64,000 nt of DNA. It comes from Patescibacteria group bacterium (GTDB taxonomy: Bacteria > Patescibacteriota > Microgenomatia > 0-14-0-10-38-17). The stretch spans positions 335,437 to 399,436 of the forward strand of contig JBMNNJ010000001.1 in the NCBI GenBank assembly GCA_050953885.1, written 5' to 3'. The position numbers and the translations under genes are program-made. Each line of letters starts with the position of its first letter. Position 1 is the first letter of the stretch. Below, piece by piece: positions 26,264 through 35,897 of this stretch. The notes below the pieces were generated by a model. It searched no databases. It was not told where the DNA came from and saw only the letters and a list, made by a program, of their open reading frames with translations.

Positions 26264-27097
26264 TCAAAAATTTTCCTCCGGAGTTTCTGTGGGGGAACTT
26301 TCTTCCCGTAAATTCTCCGACGAGCTTTCTGACGGAGCCAAAATTTCTTCTTCTTGGGTAACTTCTTCGGAAGAGGGGGCAAAAGGATCACGCCCCGGGT
26401 CAAAAGTTTCCAAAGCTGCTTCTTCAACCGCCAATTCCCCGCTTCCCAAAATTTCTAATTTAGCGATTTCTTCGTATGTTTTTTCCTCTGCCGTGGTGGG
26501 TAAAATTATTTTTTCACCTACTTTCCCGCTCTCAACCGACGAAAAATAGAAAGTTAAGGCGGCGTCAAGAGTAGTGCCTTTTTCGGCAGAAAAACTAAAG
26601 GAGACATTATTTAAGCCTATAATTGGCAAAACTTGATAAACTCGCTTTAAAAAAGCCTGCCCCTGATCAAAAGTGCCAGCGGCCTTGACCACCACCTTAA
26701 CTTCATCTACCTTGCTGCTTCCCTTTGTCTCCTCTTTGCTAATTTTCCCGGGCGAAAAACTAATTTCCTCTGCTATCAAACCGCTTTCCATCGTCAGCAA
26801 CTTCGCCGCGGAAAGAATAAAAACCGGATCTTTAGTGCGCGGTAATGCCTTCAGCGTTAACCCAATTTTTTCCTCCAACCCCTCGCCGACAAAAGATTTA
26901 AGCTGGGTCAATTTTCCCGTTAAATCCTTATTCTCTTGTTCTAAGCGAGCATTCGCTTCTTTTAAGCTGTTCACCTTATTTAAAGATGACGTTAACAAAG
27001 AAAGAGTTAACAAAATTATCGCCGCTACCCCCACATAGGGCAAAAACGGCTGGTAACGCTTGAGGCTGCCTAAATTTAAATCAAGTTTAAATTCCAT
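26264..27097 (-). CDS. pilO: Type IV pilus assembly protein PilO-like (with acidic Ser/Glu-rich C-terminal tail)
   Basis: A single N-terminal TM, a coiled-coil (LKEANARLEQENKDLTGKLTQLK) and a periplasmic domain. It is the third gene of a pilM-pilN-pilO arrangement. Confidence 0.6.
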   Translation of the reverse strand: MEFKLDLNLGSLKRYQPFLPYVGVAAIILLTLSLLTSSLNKVNSLKEANARLEQENKDLTGKLTQLKSFVGEGLEEKIGLTLKALPRTKDPVFILSAAKLLTMESGLIAEEISFSPGKISKEETKGSSKVDEVKVVVKAAGTFDQGQAFLKRVYQVLPIIGLNNVSFSFSAEKGTTLDAALTFYFSSVESGKVGEKIILPTTAEEKTYEEIAKLEILGSGELAVEEAALETFDPGRDPFAPSSEEVTQEEEILAPSESSSENLREESSPTETPEENF

Positions 27098-27105
27098 AAG
27101 GCAAT

Positions 27106-27642
27106 TTAAAATTCAATCGTTAAACTAAAATTAAAAGTAGGATTTTTTTCGTCTTTGGCAAGAGAATTAAGGGTCGCTTTTTTAAACCATTCGCCCTGCT
27201 TATTGGTATATTGATCTAAAAAATTAGAAATAGGCAAAATTTCTCCTTCGCCGCTTAATTGGATTTTCCCCGTTCCTACTTCTAAATTCTTCAAATTTAT
27301 TTCCGCCGGTAAGCTGGCCACTACTTTTTCTACCGGCGAGGACAGGTCAGGCCGCTTTTTCAAAAGAGGATCAATTTTCCCCACCCGATCCTTAAAAATC
27401 AAAATTTGACCCAAGTTTTCTTTTTGAGCTTCAATCTCGCTTTCTAAGCCCACTTTTTCTTTCTTCAGGCTTTCATTTTGACGACTTAAAACCAACGAAT
27501 AGCCAAAAATGCCTCCCAATACCAACACCCAAAGCAAAAGCACCCCCCCGCTAATTTTCAGCGCTTTTTGAAATTTCTCTTTTTCCTGCAGATCAAGCAC
27601 TTCCGCTTCTTTGAGAAAGCTAATTTCTTTTTGCTTTGCCAT
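27106..27642 (-). CDS. pilN: Type IV pilus assembly protein PilN-like
   Basis: A short cytoplasmic N-terminus, one TM (GGVLLLWVLVLGGIFGY) and a coiled-coil, immediately downstream of pilM. Confidence 0.6.
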   Translation of the reverse strand: MAKQKEISFLKEAEVLDLQEKEKFQKALKISGGVLLLWVLVLGGIFGYSLVLSRQNESLKKEKVGLESEIEAQKENLGQILIFKDRVGKIDPLLKKRPDLSSPVEKVVASLPAEINLKNLEVGTGKIQLSGEGEILPISNFLDQYTNKQGEWFKKATLNSLAKDEKNPTFNFSLTIEF

Positions 27643-27657
27643 TTTTTAAAAATTAAA

Positions 27658-28671
27658 CTAAACCTGTTCTCTTTTTGCCAAACCGATGGCCACCGCGTAA
27701 ACCGGCCCGTCATCTAAAAATTCGGCAAAAACCTGCTGGTTAACATCTAAAAGAGAGAAGGGGTTGGCAATTTCCGTTTCCACCCCTAAAGCGGCGGCAA
27801 TGTCTTGGGGAACATTAGGTAAGCCCGAAGAACCTCCCGATAAAATAATTCTTTTTACCGTCTCCTTTTTTTCCTGCTCAAAATATTGAATCGCCTTTTT
27901 CATTTCGTTGGTAACGCTTTTAACCAACGGTGATAAAACTTTTCTTATTTTCCCCTCCAAAATTTCTTCACTTAAGCCATAAGCTTTTTTATACTCTTCG
28001 GCTTGGGCAACCTCCATTCCCAATTCTTTTGCCAGAGTTTTGGTTAACGTTTCCCCAGCAACCGGGAAAGAACGAGTAAGATAAATTTTTCCGCCACGGC
28101 TGATGGCAAAATTACAGCTTTTAAAACCGAAATCAACCACCATCGCGTTAGGGCTGTCGGGAGGAACTAAAGCCCGATTTAAGGCTAAAAGCTCGGTTTC
28201 CAACGCCAAGGGCCGAAGCTGGGCCATTGCCAACAAAGCGGTATATTTTTCCACCAGCCTTTTTTGCGCCGCTACCAAAAAAACCTCGCAAACTTTGGCT
28301 TTTTCATCTTTTTCAATTATCTGGTGGCGCAAAACTGCCTCCTCTAAAGGAAAGGGGATAAAAGCATCCGCTTCGTACTGCAAAGAGGAAGCCAATTCTT
28401 CCTCACTCATCAAAGGCATTTTCACCACCCGCGTTACCAGCTTACTTTCTGGCAAAGCACTCACCACCATATTAGTTTTAATCCCCAAGTCCATCATTAA
28501 CTTTTTGACAGCTTCGGCCACTTTTTGCTGATCTTGCGGGTTTTCCGAAAGAAGACCGGGTTGGGGGGTTTCCGTTTTTCCCAAAGCCAAAAGGTGAAAA
28601 CGATCGCCTTCTTTTTTCACTTGGGCAATTTTAATGGTGGCCGAACCGATGTCTAAACCGAAAAAATCCAT
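27658..28671 (-). CDS. pilM: Type IV pilus assembly ATPase-like protein PilM (actin/FtsA fold)
   Basis: FGLDIGSATIKIAQV (actin-like phosphate-1 motif) and GGSSGLPNV. The ORF track starts at 28719, but that codon lies upstream of the predicted -10 box, so ATG 28671 (MDFFGLDIGS) is more likely. Confidence 0.8.
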   Translation of the reverse strand: MDFFGLDIGSATIKIAQVKKEGDRFHLLALGKTETPQPGLLSENPQDQQKVAEAVKKLMMDLGIKTNMVVSALPESKLVTRVVKMPLMSEEELASSLQYEADAFIPFPLEEAVLRHQIIEKDEKAKVCEVFLVAAQKRLVEKYTALLAMAQLRPLALETELLALNRALVPPDSPNAMVVDFGFKSCNFAISRGGKIYLTRSFPVAGETLTKTLAKELGMEVAQAEEYKKAYGLSEEILEGKIRKVLSPLVKSVTNEMKKAIQYFEQEKKETVKRIILSGGSSGLPNVPQDIAAALGVETEIANPFSLLDVNQQVFAEFLDDGPVYAVAIGLAKREQV

Positions 28672-28697
28672 AAATTTTTTTAATTCTTTCTTCCTTA

Positions 28698-28726
28698 AGA
28701 TTAGAAAAAAGCCAAACAAAAGTCAA
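28698..28726 (-). promoter_or_regulatory. Sigma70-like promoter for the pilMNO operon
   Basis: On the minus strand: TTGACT (complement of 28721-28726), a 17-nt spacer, then TAATCT (complement of 28698-28703), 27 nt upstream of ATG 28671. Confidence 0.45.
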
Positions 28727-28739
28727 GGGGGTATAAAAG

Positions 28740-29255
28740 CTATTTATTTCTTAAAAAAATTGTCTTGGTAAAAGTTTGCCGGGCGGTTTCCTCGGGTTTC
28801 GTCGAGCTACCACGTTGTCTTAAAGTAAAATTAATGGTCACTTTTTTATCAAAATCAATTTTCTCGCATCGAAAAACTTCAGAGCAATTTTCTACGGTTA
28901 CTGTTGGGCTGGTTAATTGAACGTTATTAGAGGCAATATAGGCAAGATCAGAACTATAATTGCACCTAAAAATAACCGTCTCCTCGCTAACAGGATTTTT
29001 AACCGTAAGAGAAGAGCTTTCCACACCCGTGCAGACAGCATCATCAATAACGCCACCACTAATGGTTTTATCCATCACATCCAAGGCATAGGCACCGTTT
29101 TGACGAATTTCTTTCATAATGTTGGCTTTCGTGTTACTTTTTAAAATTGAAAAAAGAGAGTTAGTCACCAAAACGGCTAAGATCATAAAAACGGCCACCA
29201 CGACGAGGAGTTCGATGAGGGTAAAACCATGGCGGCATTTAGTATTGGGTATCAT
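28740..29255 (-). CDS. Prepilin-type (type IV pilin/pseudopilin) protein
   Basis: MIPNTKCRHG|FTLIELLVVVAVFMILAV is a class III signal peptide with Gly-1, Phe+1 and Glu+5. Confidence 0.75.
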   Translation of the reverse strand: MIPNTKCRHGFTLIELLVVVAVFMILAVLVTNSLFSILKSNTKANIMKEIRQNGAYALDVMDKTISGGVIDDAVCTGVESSSLTVKNPVSEETVIFRCNYSSDLAYIASNNVQLTSPTVTVENCSEVFRCEKIDFDKKVTINFTLRQRGSSTKPEETARQTFTKTIFLRNK

Positions 29256-29481
29256 GTATCAAATAAAATTCAAAAGTTAATCCGCCAGCTGGCGGACAGA
29301 ATTATCCCCGTAGCTGTCATCCTGACGAAAGTCAGGATCTAACTGATTCTGAATCAAGTTCAGAATGACGTTTACGCAAGAATAATGTTATTCGCTCATT
29401 CGTGTCCATTCGTTTTCATCCGTGTCAATTCGCGTATTTTATTATACTTAATACTAAGTACTGAATACAAAATGCTAATTT

Positions 29482-29919
29482 TCACCATCTAGTGAGATAA
29501 GTCACCACTTCCTCCCGATGCTCGCCTTGACTGTCGGTCCAAGAAGTGGTCAGCGTAAACTTAATCTTATCTTGGCTTTCTTTAACAACATTAACCTGTC
29601 GCTTAAAAGTACTGTCAATCAACTCATTGGAATTACACCCTCGGTGGCGACCAAGATCAAGATTGTTAAGGCAATAAACACCGTCTGCAAGTTTATTCCA
29701 AAATTCTGACCAGCCCTTAGCCCGTTCCGAACGCAGCCATTCGGTGGCTTGGCGATTTAATTCCATCGCCCGCGCCCGGGTGCGGGAATACTGAATATTA
29801 CGCACCGCCACGGTAGCCCCCGCCACCAAAGCCACCAAAATAAGCATGGCAATGGCGGTGGTTACCACCACCTCTACCAACGACTGGCCGGAGGAAGAAG
29901 AGTTAGTATTAAGTATCAT
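29482..29919 (-). CDS. Prepilin-type minor pilin-like protein
   Basis: MILNTNSSSSG|QSLVEVVVTTAIAMLILVALV, with Glu+5 and a hydrophobic helix. Confidence 0.6.
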   Translation of the reverse strand: MILNTNSSSSGQSLVEVVVTTAIAMLILVALVAGATVAVRNIQYSRTRARAMELNRQATEWLRSERAKGWSEFWNKLADGVYCLNNLDLGRHRGCNSNELIDSTFKRQVNVVKESQDKIKFTLTTSWTDSQGEHREEVVTYLTRW

Positions 29920-29996
29920 GTATTAAATAAAATTCAAAATTCAAAAGTTAAAAGTCAAAAGTACAAGTTAAAATTCAAAAATAATAAATAAACTCA

Positions 29997-30140
29997 AATC
30001 TTAAATGTCAAAACTCAAAACTACAACTCAATCCGCCAGCTGGCGGATCAAATCTAAAAAAACAACTTTAAACTTTAAAAAAGTTTTAACATTTGCCATG
30101 TAGATTTAACATTTGACATTTGCGTTTTGAGATTTTTTGA
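29997..30140. repeat. Family A element carrying an embedded 16-bp perfect palindrome TCCGCCAGCTGGCGGA (30032-30047)
   Basis: The module-within-module arrangement recurs. Other perfect copies of the palindrome are at 11223-11238, 29281-29296, 32302-32317, 37994-38009, 39346-39361 and 41360-41375, with about 10 degenerate copies more. Confidence 0.7.
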
Positions 30141-30298
30141 TTCTGACTTTCGTCAGAATGACGAACCGCCTCATCCATTACACATTACTAGTTACGGCGC
30201 CAGTCATTCGCTCATTCGCATCCATTCGTTTCTCATTCGCGTTAATTCACGTCTCCCAGCAATAACAATTTAACAGTTTAGCAAGCAATATATTCTTC

Positions 30299-30769
30299 TC
30301 ACTCTATCTCCCCATTTTTCCTAATAGTTACCGTTTTGGGAGGACGACTGCCTAAATTTAGACTAATAGTAACTTCTTCAACCGATAAGTTTGTTGCCCC
30401 TGTCAAGGGAGCAAAAATAAAGCTGCTTGGATTTGGCACAGAACCGCTCACTCCTGAAGGGTAAGAATAGGTTTGGGGTGAGCCTACCAAAGAACCGCCG
30501 CATTTTTCTTGAATAAAATACCTATCACTCGCAAAACTAACTTGATAACCACCAGCGGGACCGTCACAGCTTTTTTTTACCGCCATCGCCCAACTGCGGG
30601 CCAAACGAAGATTGTTTTTTAAATCCTGGGCGGCCGCGTCCAAGGTTTGCTGTTGGTTAAAAGTTTGCCAGGAGGCCAGGCCAAAACCAGCCAAAAGCAG
30701 GATAATACTGGTGGTTACCAAAAGCTCGATGAGGGTAAAAGCAGGTTTATATTTCGTATTTAGTATCAT
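30299..30769 (-). CDS. Prepilin-type minor pilin/pseudopilin (GspH-like)
   Basis: MILNTKYKPA|FTLIELLVTTSIILLLAG followed by NLRLARSWAM. Confidence 0.65.
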   Translation of the reverse strand: MILNTKYKPAFTLIELLVTTSIILLLAGFGLASWQTFNQQQTLDAAAQDLKNNLRLARSWAMAVKKSCDGPAGGYQVSFASDRYFIQEKCGGSLVGSPQTYSYPSGVSGSVPNPSSFIFAPLTGATNLSVEEVTISLNLGSRPPKTVTIRKNGEIE

Positions 30770-31073
30770 GTATCAAATAAAATTCAAAATTTAAAATTCA
30801 AAAGTTAAAAGTCAAAGATAATAAGTAAACTCAAATGTTAAATCGCAAAACTCAAAACGACAACTCAAAACTAAAATCTAAAAAGCAACCTTAAGCTTTA
30901 AAAAGTTTTAACATTTGCCATGTAGATTTGACATTTGCCATTTGCGTTTTGAGTTTACTTTTCGCGTCCATTCGTTTTCCATTCGCGTCCATTCGCGTAT
31001 TTCATTTCATGGTAGCGAAATTAAGAAGAATTTGCAAGCAAGACAACAACAATCAAGATAAAGTAGGGGAGGA

Positions 31074-31511
31074 TTATGGTGATTTTAAGCCGTACTCATG
31101 ACCCGAGTAAGGAGTACAAGAATCAGTTGGATTACTGGCTTCCATATCTGACGATAGACAATACCCATAATAATGCCCCCCCGAGAGATTGGTGGCTTTA
31201 TAATAATAAACTTCCCCTGTTTTGGGAGGGGAAGGAATCGGAGAAATATAGTTAGCTAAAGGTGTCCCTAAGTTAGAAGTATTAGTCCAATTACCATTAC
31301 CGGTGTTGGGATACCAGTTATTATCCGCTTTATACATCTCCAGCGCCGCCCGAATTTGTTCCAAATCCGCTTTTCTTTTAGCATCCCGGGCCTGACGATT
31401 GGCCGCCTGATAGGAAACCACACCAATGGAGGTTAAAAGAGCAATAATCGTTGCCGCCACCAAAACTTCGATGAGGGTAAAACCGGGTTTGTGTTTAGTA
31501 TTTGGTACCAT
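31074..31511 (-). CDS. Type IV pilin with GspG/PulG-like N-domain
   Basis: MVPNTKHKPG|FTLIEVLVAATIIALL...ANRQARDAKRKADLEQIRAALEMYKADNNWYP, a GspG signature. Confidence 0.75.
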   Translation of the reverse strand: MVPNTKHKPGFTLIEVLVAATIIALLTSIGVVSYQAANRQARDAKRKADLEQIRAALEMYKADNNWYPNTGNGNWTNTSNLGTPLANYISPIPSPPKTGEVYYYKATNLSGGHYYGYCLSSDMEASNPTDSCTPYSGHEYGLKSP

Positions 31512-31641
31512 AAAAGACGCGAATGAGCGAATGATTGGTAAAGCACACCGGATTAAACAGGATGTTTACGGATGAAACAGGATAAAAAATCCTCTTATTA
31601 AATCCCGCCCTAAATCCTATTATATCCCGTGTGCTTTTTTC

Positions 31642-32067
31642 CTACTGTAAATTCTTAACACAAAAATAATCTTTTGGCGAACCGGCAAAATTACAATTTG
31701 CCGCTGAATTACCACCCCCCGACTCTAAGCGAGCACAAAAACAGTAACTAGTGGAGCTGCAAGAAGAACTATAAACGTAAGGGCTAACATTTTTAGGATC
31801 AGTGGGAATAGAAAAACTATTATCGGATTGAATTGGCAAAGGATTAGGACACGGAGAACCAGGATAAGAACCGCTATGTGCCGCATAATATTGCTCAAAA
31901 GCGTTTTGGATTGCCTTCATGTCGCCCTGCCTCTTGGAATCCCGGGCCCTTTTTTGGGCGGTGGAGTAGGAAACCGTGCCCATCGCCACTAAAATGCCAA
32001 TAATGGCAATAACAATCAAAAGCTCTAAAAGGGTGAAGCCACGACGGTCTTTAGTATTTGGGATCAT
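31642..32067 (-). CDS. Type IV pilin with GspG/PulG-like N-domain
   Basis: MIPNTKDRRG|FTLLELLIVIAIIGILVA...AQKRARDSKRQGDMKAIQNAFEQYY. Confidence 0.75.
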   Translation of the reverse strand: MIPNTKDRRGFTLLELLIVIAIIGILVAMGTVSYSTAQKRARDSKRQGDMKAIQNAFEQYYAAHSGSYPGSPCPNPLPIQSDNSFSIPTDPKNVSPYVYSSSCSSTSYCFCARLESGGGNSAANCNFAGSPKDYFCVKNLQ

Positions 32068-32418
32068 GTGTTAATAAAATTCAAAATTCAAAAGGCAAAA
32101 GTCAAAATTGCAAGTTAAAATTCACTTCGCCAGCTCGCGGATTCGTCAGGATGACAACCACAATTAGCGTCATTCTGAACTTGATTCAGAATCAGTTAGA
32201 TCCTGACTTTCGTCAGGATGACAGCTACAGGGATGATTCTGCCCGCCAACCGGCGGATAAAATTCAAAAATAAAGCAAAAAAACTTTTAACTTTTTACTT
32301 GTCCGCCAGCTGGCGGATTGAATTTTAACTTTTAACTTTTGAATTTTTCTATACTTAATATTATTTTTAATCCCTTTCCCTTTTTTAACTATACCTCATC
32401 CTTTCTCCAAAAAGCAAG

Positions 32419-32907
32419 TCATGGTTCCGTGCGCATAATACCCACATCATTAGGGCAATCCACCCCTAAATTTGCCTCCACTACCGCATCAGGATCGGAT
32501 TTGTTTTCCAAACAAGCAACCAGTTTATAAGTCAAGTTATCACCGGCAACTCGGGGTTTAACTAAAACATAACGCCAACCGACACTTCCTGTTTGAGGAT
32601 CACAAGGAAATTTAGGCATATAAATTGTTCCCTTCGCTGACTGCCAAGAAGCATTACAATCTACCGGTTTACAAAAAGAATCACAAGTTACTGGTCGAAA
32701 AGGGTCGCCGCCAGTCGGATAAGCCGGCGGTGATTGGTCCATTTTGTAAAGTTCTAAAGCTTTCTGGATTTGCTCCAAATCCGATTTTCTTTGCGCGTCG
32801 CGCGCCCGCTCCCGGGCGCTCATATAATTGGGCAAAATCAAGCCCGCCAAAAGGCCGATGATCACCATCACCACCAAAAGCTCAATAAGAGTAAAACCAA
32901 ATTTCAT
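32419..32907 (-). CDS. Type IV pilin with GspG/PulG-like N-domain
   Basis: MKFG|FTLIELLVVMVIIGLLAG...ARERARDAQRKSDLEQIQKALELYK. The likely start is the internal Met (MKFGF), 8 codons into the track ORF. Confidence 0.75.
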   Translation of the reverse strand: MKFGFTLIELLVVMVIIGLLAGLILPNYMSARERARDAQRKSDLEQIQKALELYKMDQSPPAYPTGGDPFRPVTCDSFCKPVDCNASWQSAKGTIYMPKFPCDPQTGSVGWRYVLVKPRVAGDNLTYKLVACLENKSDPDAVVEANLGVDCPNDVGIMRTEP

Positions 32908-32959
32908 TGTTTCATTGTTATATTGTTTCATTATTGGGAGATAAATAATGCGTAATAAA

Positions 32960-33098
32960 CAAACTCAAAACTCAAATGTTAAATCGCAAAACTCAAAACT
33001 ACAACTCAAAACTCAAATCTGAAAAACACTTTTAAGCTCTAAGAAAGATTTAAGATTTGACATGTAGTTTTGCCATTTACCATTTGCGTTTTGAGTTT
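32960..33098. repeat. Family A element (near-identical to 4120..4262)
   Basis: Direct sequence comparison. Confidence 0.7.
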
Positions 33099-33144
33099 AT
33101 TTTTCGTGTCCATTCGTTTTCCCTTCGCGTTAATTCGCGTCTTT

Positions 33145-33636
33145 TTAATCGCAACTCGTGTTCGCGCTGGCCAGACAATAATTACATTTTGTCGGCCCGC
33201 AATTAGTGCCAAAATAGCCTCCCTCTTTGCAAGCTCCCCCGGGCAAAAAACAACTATCATTCTCATGCTCAATCCAAGCATAAAGCTTAAAGTTGGTGCC
33301 GTCTGACATATAAAAATAGTGGGCATTATCCGCCGGATCCTTGGGGAGTTGTTTCATATAAGTAGTTTTCCCGTCAGTAAATTCTCCTCCCCAATAAATA
33401 GTCGCCACCCCGGGAATCATAATATTGCCCTCATTTCCACCGGTGCTTAAAGGATATTGCTTGTGATCATTATAATACATTTCTAACGCCCGCGCTATTG
33501 ACGCTAAACTCTCTTTTCTTTGCGTATCTCGACCTCGTTTTTGGGCGGTAAAAAATTGCCCCAAGCCCACACTTGCCAAAATTCCCAAAATCGCCACCAC
33601 CACGAGGAGCTCGATCAGGGTAAAACCAAATTTCAT
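33145..33636 (-). CDS. Type IV pilin with GspG/PulG-like N-domain (paralog of 32419..32907)
   Basis: MKFG|FTLIELLVVVAILGILAS...AQKRGRDTQRKESLASIARALEMYYNDHKQYP. The 5' leader is nearly identical to the neighbouring paralog. Confidence 0.75.
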   Translation of the reverse strand: MKFGFTLIELLVVVAILGILASVGLGQFFTAQKRGRDTQRKESLASIARALEMYYNDHKQYPLSTGGNEGNIMIPGVATIYWGGEFTDGKTTYMKQLPKDPADNAHYFYMSDGTNFKLYAWIEHENDSCFLPGGACKEGGYFGTNCGPTKCNYCLASANTSCD

Positions 33637-33762
33637 TGTTTTATTGCTATATTGTTTCATTATTAAAAATTGCAATAAATTTGTCTACCTCTCCTTTGTA
33701 GGGGGCACACCTTCCTGGCCGAAACCAAACGGGTTAGAAAATCAAAACCCCCTGCTAACCAA

Positions 33763-34470
33763 TTACTTACACTGCGAGCACCTGTCTTTGCATTGCGGAT
33801 GGCCACAATCAGGACACTCGCAACCGCAACAGGGATCATTGCAATAACAGCGACTACTCTCATAGTTTCCCTCGCATTGCTTATTAGGTTCAGGGCAACA
33901 CTCTTCTGCTCTTTCCCCCACAACATTACAACCGCTAGCCTGACAAGCTGTCCACGAAGTACAAAAAGTCTTCGCGCTTTCTAAAGGCTTATTGGGGCTG
34001 GAAACACCATAGTTAAAGGGAAAATTATAGGGAAAACCCGTTTGCCCTTCTTTTACCGGCCCGCACCCCCACAAGCAACCCACGACGGCAATGGCAGGGT
34101 CTTTTTCCCACTTAAGAGTAGTGTAAATCCGGTAATATTTAGGACAGTTCGAATCCTCCGGGTCATAAAAATAGCTTTGGCCAGTAGCCGGATCGCAGGG
34201 AATCGTTCCCAAATACGGCCTTAAGTCGCCGGCTTTACTTGCCTCACAAGAAACCTCCGTCGGATAGCATCCTTTATCATTATAATAATCTTCCAAAGCA
34301 ATTGCCAGCCGGTCAAGGTCCGACTTTTGTCGGGAATTAGTCGCCTGATCTCTTTTTTCTAAAGGATTAAAAAAATTTAAAAGAATCACCGCCAAAAGGC
34401 CGATAATTGTGATCACAATCAACACTTCAATCCAGGTTAAGCCCTGTTGGTATTTAGTATCATGTATCAT
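33763..34470 (-). CDS. Type IV pilin-like protein with a long cysteine-rich C-terminal extension
   Basis: MIHDTKYQQG|LTWIEVLIVITIIGLLAV...SDLDRLAIALEDYYNDKGCYP (GspG-like). The tail ...CTSWTACQASGCNVVGERAEECCPEPNKQCEGNYESSRCYCNDPCCGCECPDCGHPQCKDRCSQCK has at least 20 Cys in its last 70 residues. Confidence 0.7.
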   Translation of the reverse strand: MIHDTKYQQGLTWIEVLIVITIIGLLAVILLNFFNPLEKRDQATNSRQKSDLDRLAIALEDYYNDKGCYPTEVSCEASKAGDLRPYLGTIPCDPATGQSYFYDPEDSNCPKYYRIYTTLKWEKDPAIAVVGCLWGCGPVKEGQTGFPYNFPFNYGVSSPNKPLESAKTFCTSWTACQASGCNVVGERAEECCPEPNKQCEGNYESSRCYCNDPCCGCECPDCGHPQCKDRCSQCK

Positions 34471-34772
34471 GTATCAAATAAAATTCAAAAGGCAAAAGTA
34501 AAATGTAAAAAGTTAGTAACTCGTGAGAAAACAAGATTAAAGCGCAAAGAGTAAAGTGCAAAACCAAGCTCAAAAACCAAAACCAAAAGTTAAAAATATT
34601 TTTGAGCTTTGATTTAGGTTCTAATCTTTGCGCTTTGCTTTTTGCGCTTTTTTATTACATATTACGGATTACTGATTTTGAATTTTACATTTTTTTGCCT
34701 TTTGAATTATTTTTGCGCCAGTCATTCGCTCATTCGCGTCCATTCGCTTTTATTCGTGTTAATTCGCGTTTT

Positions 34773-35621
34773 TTAATAAAATAATGTCCTTGCCGCCTCC
34801 CAAATCCCTTCTCCAAAAAACCATACCACAAAAGTTGCCCCCACCAAAAACGGCCCAAAGGCAATTTGGCTCCTCCTCTCGGCTTTCTTTACTAAAATCA
34901 GTATGACACCAACTAAAGCCCCTGTCAAGAAAGCCAAGTATAAGGCGATAATTATCTTCGGATATCCTAATAAAAGCCCCATTAAGAAAGCTAGTTTCAC
35001 ATCCCCAAGACCCATAGTATCCTGATGGAAAATCTTGGGGCCCAAAGCGTAAAGCAGATAAAAAAAGGCGGCAGAAAGGAAAGCGGAGAAAAAGTAATTC
35101 GTAATAGGTAATGCGTAATGCGTAATAGGCAAGACGTTAGGCATAAAAAAGCAAAAAAGATGGTAGAGAAGGGTAGCGCCAATGGCCAAATAGACAATAG
35201 AATCGTAAATTAAATGATATTTAAGATCGGAAAAAAAGATAACAATAAGAAGCGATATCGTCATATAGCCATATAGCCATATAGCCATATTTATCATTGA
35301 TAAATTATTGCTGGTTAATCCAAAAATATAAGTAGCTAAAACAAACAATAAGCCTGTTGTTACCTCCACCACCGGTAGCCAAAAGGGGATAGGGGAGCGG
35401 CAATAACGGCAGCGGCCACCTAACCTAATATAAGACCAAAGGGGAATTAAGTCATTCCAAACCAGTTTATGATTGCACTTTTCACAATGAGAACTCCCCC
35501 AAAAAACCGTTTCCCCCCGCGCCGGCCGGTCAATTAAAACATTCAAAAACGAGCCGATAAAAGTGCCGAAAAAAAAGATGAGAAGGTAGAAAAGAAGCAT
35601 TGCTAAATTGCTAAAATGCAC
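34773..35621 (-). CDS. pilD: Prepilin peptidase PilD (A24 family)
   Basis: The N-terminal tetracysteine C..C...C..C (HCEKCNHKL...GRCRYCRSPI), multiple TMs and the catalytic-region motif DTMGLGDVKLAFLMGLLLG. It contains in-frame tandem repeats: an 8-bp x3 repeat and a CGTAAT-word module. Confidence 0.85.
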   Translation of the reverse strand: MHFSNLAMLLFYLLIFFFGTFIGSFLNVLIDRPARGETVFWGSSHCEKCNHKLVWNDLIPLWSYIRLGGRCRYCRSPIPFWLPVVEVTTGLLFVLATYIFGLTSNNLSMINMAIWLYGYMTISLLIVIFFSDLKYHLIYDSIVYLAIGATLLYHLFCFFMPNVLPITHYALPITNYFFSAFLSAAFFYLLYALGPKIFHQDTMGLGDVKLAFLMGLLLGYPKIIIALYLAFLTGALVGVILILVKKAERRSQIAFGPFLVGATFVVWFFGEGIWEAARTLFY

Positions 35622-35897
35622 AAATTAACACTAATGAAAACGAATGGACGCGAATGAGCGAATAAGAATGAAATGTGGGGGCAAAACTATGTTTTCGTCC
35701 CCGCGGACAAGATAATATATTTTTTGGCCTAATTTTGTAGGGGCGTATTGCAATACGCCCCCCTCGGGCGCCTACAAGAAACACCCCTACAACACGCGCT
35801 TTTCTTGGCGCAAACTAAAGTTCGCTCCTCCACTTTTAGAAAATCACCCACTTTCGGCACAAAAACTCCCTTCACTAAATCCCAACCCAAAATATCC

